Shown here in pieces: positions 61,219 through 64,000 of a stretch of 64,000 nucleotides of DNA; the stretch's first letter is position 1; every line of letters starts with the position of its first letter. The position numbers and the translations under genes were made by a program. Below the pieces are notes generated by a model that saw nothing but the letters and a program-made list of their open reading frames with translations, had not been told where the DNA came from and made no database searches. Source of the DNA: Deltaproteobacteria bacterium (GTDB lineage Bacteria; Desulfobacterota; B13-G15; RBG-16-54-18); NCBI GenBank assembly GCA_019308925.1, contig JAFDHG010000007.1, positions 10,169 to 74,168 on the forward strand. Direction: 5' to 3'.

Positions 61219-62498
61219 AGGGGTTAGTTATCGAAGGGGGAGAGAGATTGATGGGAGAGGTAACGGTCAGTGGGGCCAAGAACGCGGCCTTGCCAGCCAT
61301 GGCCGCCGCACTCCTGGTCGAGGGGACCTGTAAGTTCACCAATGTCCCCCACCTGCGGGATGTGGAGACCCTCCGGGCCCTGCTGGAGAACTTGGGAGCT
61401 AGGACCAATTGGAGGGGGAGGGGTGAGCTGGAGGTGGGCACCCCCAGCATAGAGGGGGTGACCGCACCTTATGAATTGGTGAAGACCATGCGGGCCTCCA
61501 TCCTGGTCCTGGGGCCATTGCTGGCCAGGATGGGGGAGGCAGTGGTCTCCATCCCCGGTGGCTGTGCCATAGGGGCAAGGCCGGTGGACCTTCACATAAA
61601 GGGGCTGGAGCAGCTTGGAGCTCAGATCGAACTGGAGCACGGTTATATCAAGGCTCGTGCTCCCCGGCTCAAGGGGGGCCAGATATATCTAGATATCCCC
61701 ACGGTTACCGGAACAGAGAATCTCATGATGGCGGCGGTGAATGCCCAGGGGACCACAGTCATCGAGAATGCCGCCTGTGAGCCAGAAGTGGAGGAATTGG
61801 CCCAGATCCTCAAAGAGATGGGGGCCCAGATAGAGGGGGCAGGGACCAAGGTAGTGACCATCCGGGGGGTGGAGAGGTTGCGGCCGGTGGCCTACAGCAT
61901 CATGCCCGACAGGATAGAGGCAGGCACCCTGATGGTGGCGGCTGGGATCACCGGAGGGAATATCCTGATCAAGGGGTGTCGCTTGGAACACATGGAGGCC
62001 GTGGTGGGGAAGTTACGGGAGGTGGGGATGGATATCTCCCCCCTAGGGGAGAGGAGGGTGAGGGTTGTGGGAGACCATAGGATAAGGAGCGCTGATGTGA
62101 AGACCCTCCCCTATCCGGGATTCCCCACCGATATGCAGGCTCAATTTATGGCGCTGATGATCTTGGCCAATGGGCTCAGCGTCATCTCGGAGACCATCTT
62201 CGAGAACAGGTTCATGCACGTCAGTGAGCTCAGGAGGATGGGTGCCGACATTCGGGTGCAGGGCGCTACCGCCATCGTCAATGGCGTGCCCAGGTTGAGC
62301 GGGGCCCCGGTTATGGCTACTGATCTGCGGGCCAGCGCCTCGCTGGTGCTGGCAGGCCTGGCTGCTGAAGGGACGACGGTGGTCTCCCGGCCGTATCACC
62401 TGGAGAGGGGATATGAGGATCTAGAAGGGAAGCTTGGCGCCTTGGGGGCCAAAGTGAGGAAGGTGGATCTGGATGAGGGTTTTGGACAGCAAGAGTAA
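61215..62498 (+). CDS. murA: UDP-N-acetylglucosamine 1-carboxyvinyltransferase
   Basis: 427 aa EPT fold. The active-site Cys region is conserved ([12 protein letters not shown]). Confidence 0.92.
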   Translation: MKGLVIEGGERLMGEVTVSGAKNAALPAMAAALLVEGTCKFTNVPHLRDVETLRALLENLGARTNWRGRGELEVGTPSIEGVTAPYELVKTMRASILVLGPLLARMGEAVVSIPGGCAIGARPVDLHIKGLEQLGAQIELEHGYIKARAPRLKGGQIYLDIPTVTGTENLMMAAVNAQGTTVIENAACEPEVEELAQILKEMGAQIEGAGTKVVTIRGVERLRPVAYSIMPDRIEAGTLMVAAGITGGNILIKGCRLEHMEAVVGKLREVGMDISPLGERRVRVVGDHRIRSADVKTLPYPGFPTDMQAQFMALMILANGLSVISETIFENRFMHVSELRRMGADIRVQGATAIVNGVPRLSGAPVMATDLRASASLVLAGLAAEGTTVVSRPYHLERGYEDLEGKLGALGAKVRKVDLDEGFGQQE

Positions 62499-63762
62499 GG
62501 AGTTTGAGGCAGAATTGGAGATCCTCCTCGCCCAGAGGCGAGAGGAGATGGAGGGTGTCGAGGGGGCCGTGCGGGAGATTATTGAGGAGGTGAAGGGCAG
62601 AGGTGATGAGGCCCTACTCCATTATACCCAACAGTTCGACGGGGTGGAGATCTCCCGGCAGGAGATGGAGGTCCCGCAAAAAGACTGGGAGAGGGCCTGG
62701 CAGGAGGTAGAGGGGGAGGCCCTCATCTCCCTTCAACGGGCCGCCGGGCGGATCGAGTCCTTCCACCGCCAGGAGCTCTATCGCTCTTGGTTTGATACGG
62801 ATAAAGGAGTAGTGAGGGGACAGTTGGTGCATCCCTTGGCCAGGGCCGGGGTCTATGTCCCCGGGGGGAAGGCGGCCTACCCCTCCTCACTGTTGATGAG
62901 CGTCATCCCCGCCAAGGTGGCGGGGGTGAGAGAGGTGGTGGTGGTGACCCCTCCCTCCCGAGAGGGCGTGAACCCTTACATCTTGGCCGCCGCCCGGATG
63001 GTAGGGGTGAATAGGGTCCTGCTGGTCGGGGGAGCCCAGGCCGTCGCAGCCTTGGCCTATGGTACGGAGACCGTGCCGCGGGCCGATTTAATAGTGGGGC
63101 CGGGAAATCTGTATGTAGCCACGGCCAAACGGTTGTTGTTCGGGGTCGTAAGGGTGGATATGGTGGCGGGGCCCAGTGAAATCCTGGTAGTCTGCGATGG
63201 ATCCACTCCCCCCACCTTTGTTGCCGCTGACCTCCTCTCCCAGGCAGAACACGATGAGATGGCCTGGCCGATCCTGATCACCCCTTCCAAGGAGTTCGCC
63301 AATCAAGTGCATGAGGAGGTGGAGAGGATGAAGGGGGCCCTCCCACGCCAGGGGATTATCGAGGCCTCCCTTGAACGCCACGGACTCATCATCTTGGTGC
63401 GGGATCTGGGGGAGGGGATACAGATCGCCAACCGGATCGCCCCTGAGCATCTGGAGTTGGCCCTCGAAGACCCCTTCCGGTGGTTGGGGGAGGTGCATAA
63501 TGCTGGTGCCGTCTTCCTCGGCCCCTACACCCCAGAGGCAATAGGGGATTATCTGGGAGGGCCCAATCATGTGCTGCCCACTGGGGGTACGGCCAGGTTC
63601 TTCTCCCCTCTGGGGGTTGAGCACTTTTTAAAGAGGACCAATCTCCTCTTCTTGTCCCGGGAGGCCCTGGAAGCGGTGAAGGAGGATGTAGCCCGATTGG
63701 CCCGCCTGGAGGGGCTGGAGGCCCATGCCCAGGCCGTGGTGGTGAGGGCAAAGGAGGATTGA
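62473..63762 (+). CDS. hisD: Histidinol dehydrogenase
   Basis: 429 aa with a conserved Zn/NAD site (…SQAEHDE…) and canonical C-terminus. Confidence 0.92.
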   Translation: MRVLDSKSKEFEAELEILLAQRREEMEGVEGAVREIIEEVKGRGDEALLHYTQQFDGVEISRQEMEVPQKDWERAWQEVEGEALISLQRAAGRIESFHRQELYRSWFDTDKGVVRGQLVHPLARAGVYVPGGKAAYPSSLLMSVIPAKVAGVREVVVVTPPSREGVNPYILAAARMVGVNRVLLVGGAQAVAALAYGTETVPRADLIVGPGNLYVATAKRLLFGVVRVDMVAGPSEILVVCDGSTPPTFVAADLLSQAEHDEMAWPILITPSKEFANQVHEEVERMKGALPRQGIIEASLERHGLIILVRDLGEGIQIANRIAPEHLELALEDPFRWLGEVHNAGAVFLGPYTPEAIGDYLGGPNHVLPTGGTARFFSPLGVEHFLKRTNLLFLSREALEAVKEDVARLARLEGLEAHAQAVVVRAKED

Positions 63763-63767
63763 GACAG

Positions 63768-64000
63768 ATGCAGCGCAGAGCCCAGACAGAGAGGAAGACC
63801 AAAGAGACGGATATCTCTCTCTCTATCCACTTGGACGGAGGTGGAAATTCGGAGATCTCCACAGGGATACCCTTCTTCGACCACATGCTCTCCTTGATGG
63901 CCATGCACGGCCTCTTCGATCTGTCCTTAAGGGCAAAGGGGGACCTGGAGGTCGATTTTCACCACACCGTGGAGGATGTGGGGATCGCCTTGGGCGAGGG
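63768..64000 (+). CDS. hisB: Imidazoleglycerol-phosphate dehydratase, N-terminal part; runs off the right edge
   Basis: [18 protein letters not shown]...FFDHML...[12 protein letters not shown] motifs. Confidence 0.8.
   Translation, partial: MQRRAQTERKTKETDISLSIHLDGGGNSEISTGIPFFDHMLSLMAMHGLFDLSLRAKGDLEVDFHHTVEDVGIALGE

Overview
This 64-kb window is a GC-rich (about 55-60% by eye) bacterial chromosome segment with Gram-negative-type envelope genes (YidC, EnvC, lipoproteins, Tat substrates). About 70 coding regions are called. Roughly two thirds are recognisable housekeeping genes. Those include a biotin operon (bioB-bioF-bioA) preceded by a BirA-like operator; lexA; the ftsE-ftsX-envC-ctpA-yibQ envelope operon; fhs; the rpmH-rnpA-yidD-yidC-jag-mnmE cluster, in which rpmH is a 44-aa gene missing from the ORF track; hemC; and a replication-origin-type block (gyrA, two inverted DnaA boxes, dnaA, an AT-rich spacer, dnaN, gyrB, with no recF) followed by coaE, rho, rpmE, prfA, prmC, murA, hisD and the start of hisB. 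The rest is unusual. (1) A low-GC three-gene cassette (a 73-aa ORF, a multi-CxxC zinc-ribbon protein and a winged-helix protein) sits directly downstream of lexA and is the best candidate for an undescribed defence or SOS-linked module. (2) A divergently transcribed cluster has a Tat-exported metallo-beta-lactamase (MBL)-fold hydrolase, a 35-aa single-transmembrane peptide not in the ORF track, a Trp-rich polytopic membrane protein, a Cys-rich HTH regulator and a COG0523 (CobW-type) GTPase with a novel 300-aa N-terminal extension. (3) A B12-binding radical SAM gene (radical S-adenosylmethionine) is followed by a lipoprotein gene interrupted by an in-frame TGA, a Gly/Trp-rich membrane protein and a DUF362 gene, with a second DUF362-ferredoxin nearby. 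(4) An operon combines a dGTPase, an aminoglycoside phosphotransferase (APH)-like kinase, a PHP phosphoesterase and a P-loop kinase with a degenerate Walker A motif. (5) An acyl-CoA ligase appears circularly permuted across two genes, and the second gene ends in a fragment resembling the C-terminus of lipoate-protein ligase. (6) A beta-ketoacyl synthase (KAS) family protein lacks the Cys-His-His catalytic triad. (7) There is a RelE/ParE toxin-antitoxin pair, a frameshifted TauE gene next to an ArsR regulator, several strong hairpins and short repeats. All assignments are by eye from the translations; no searches were run.
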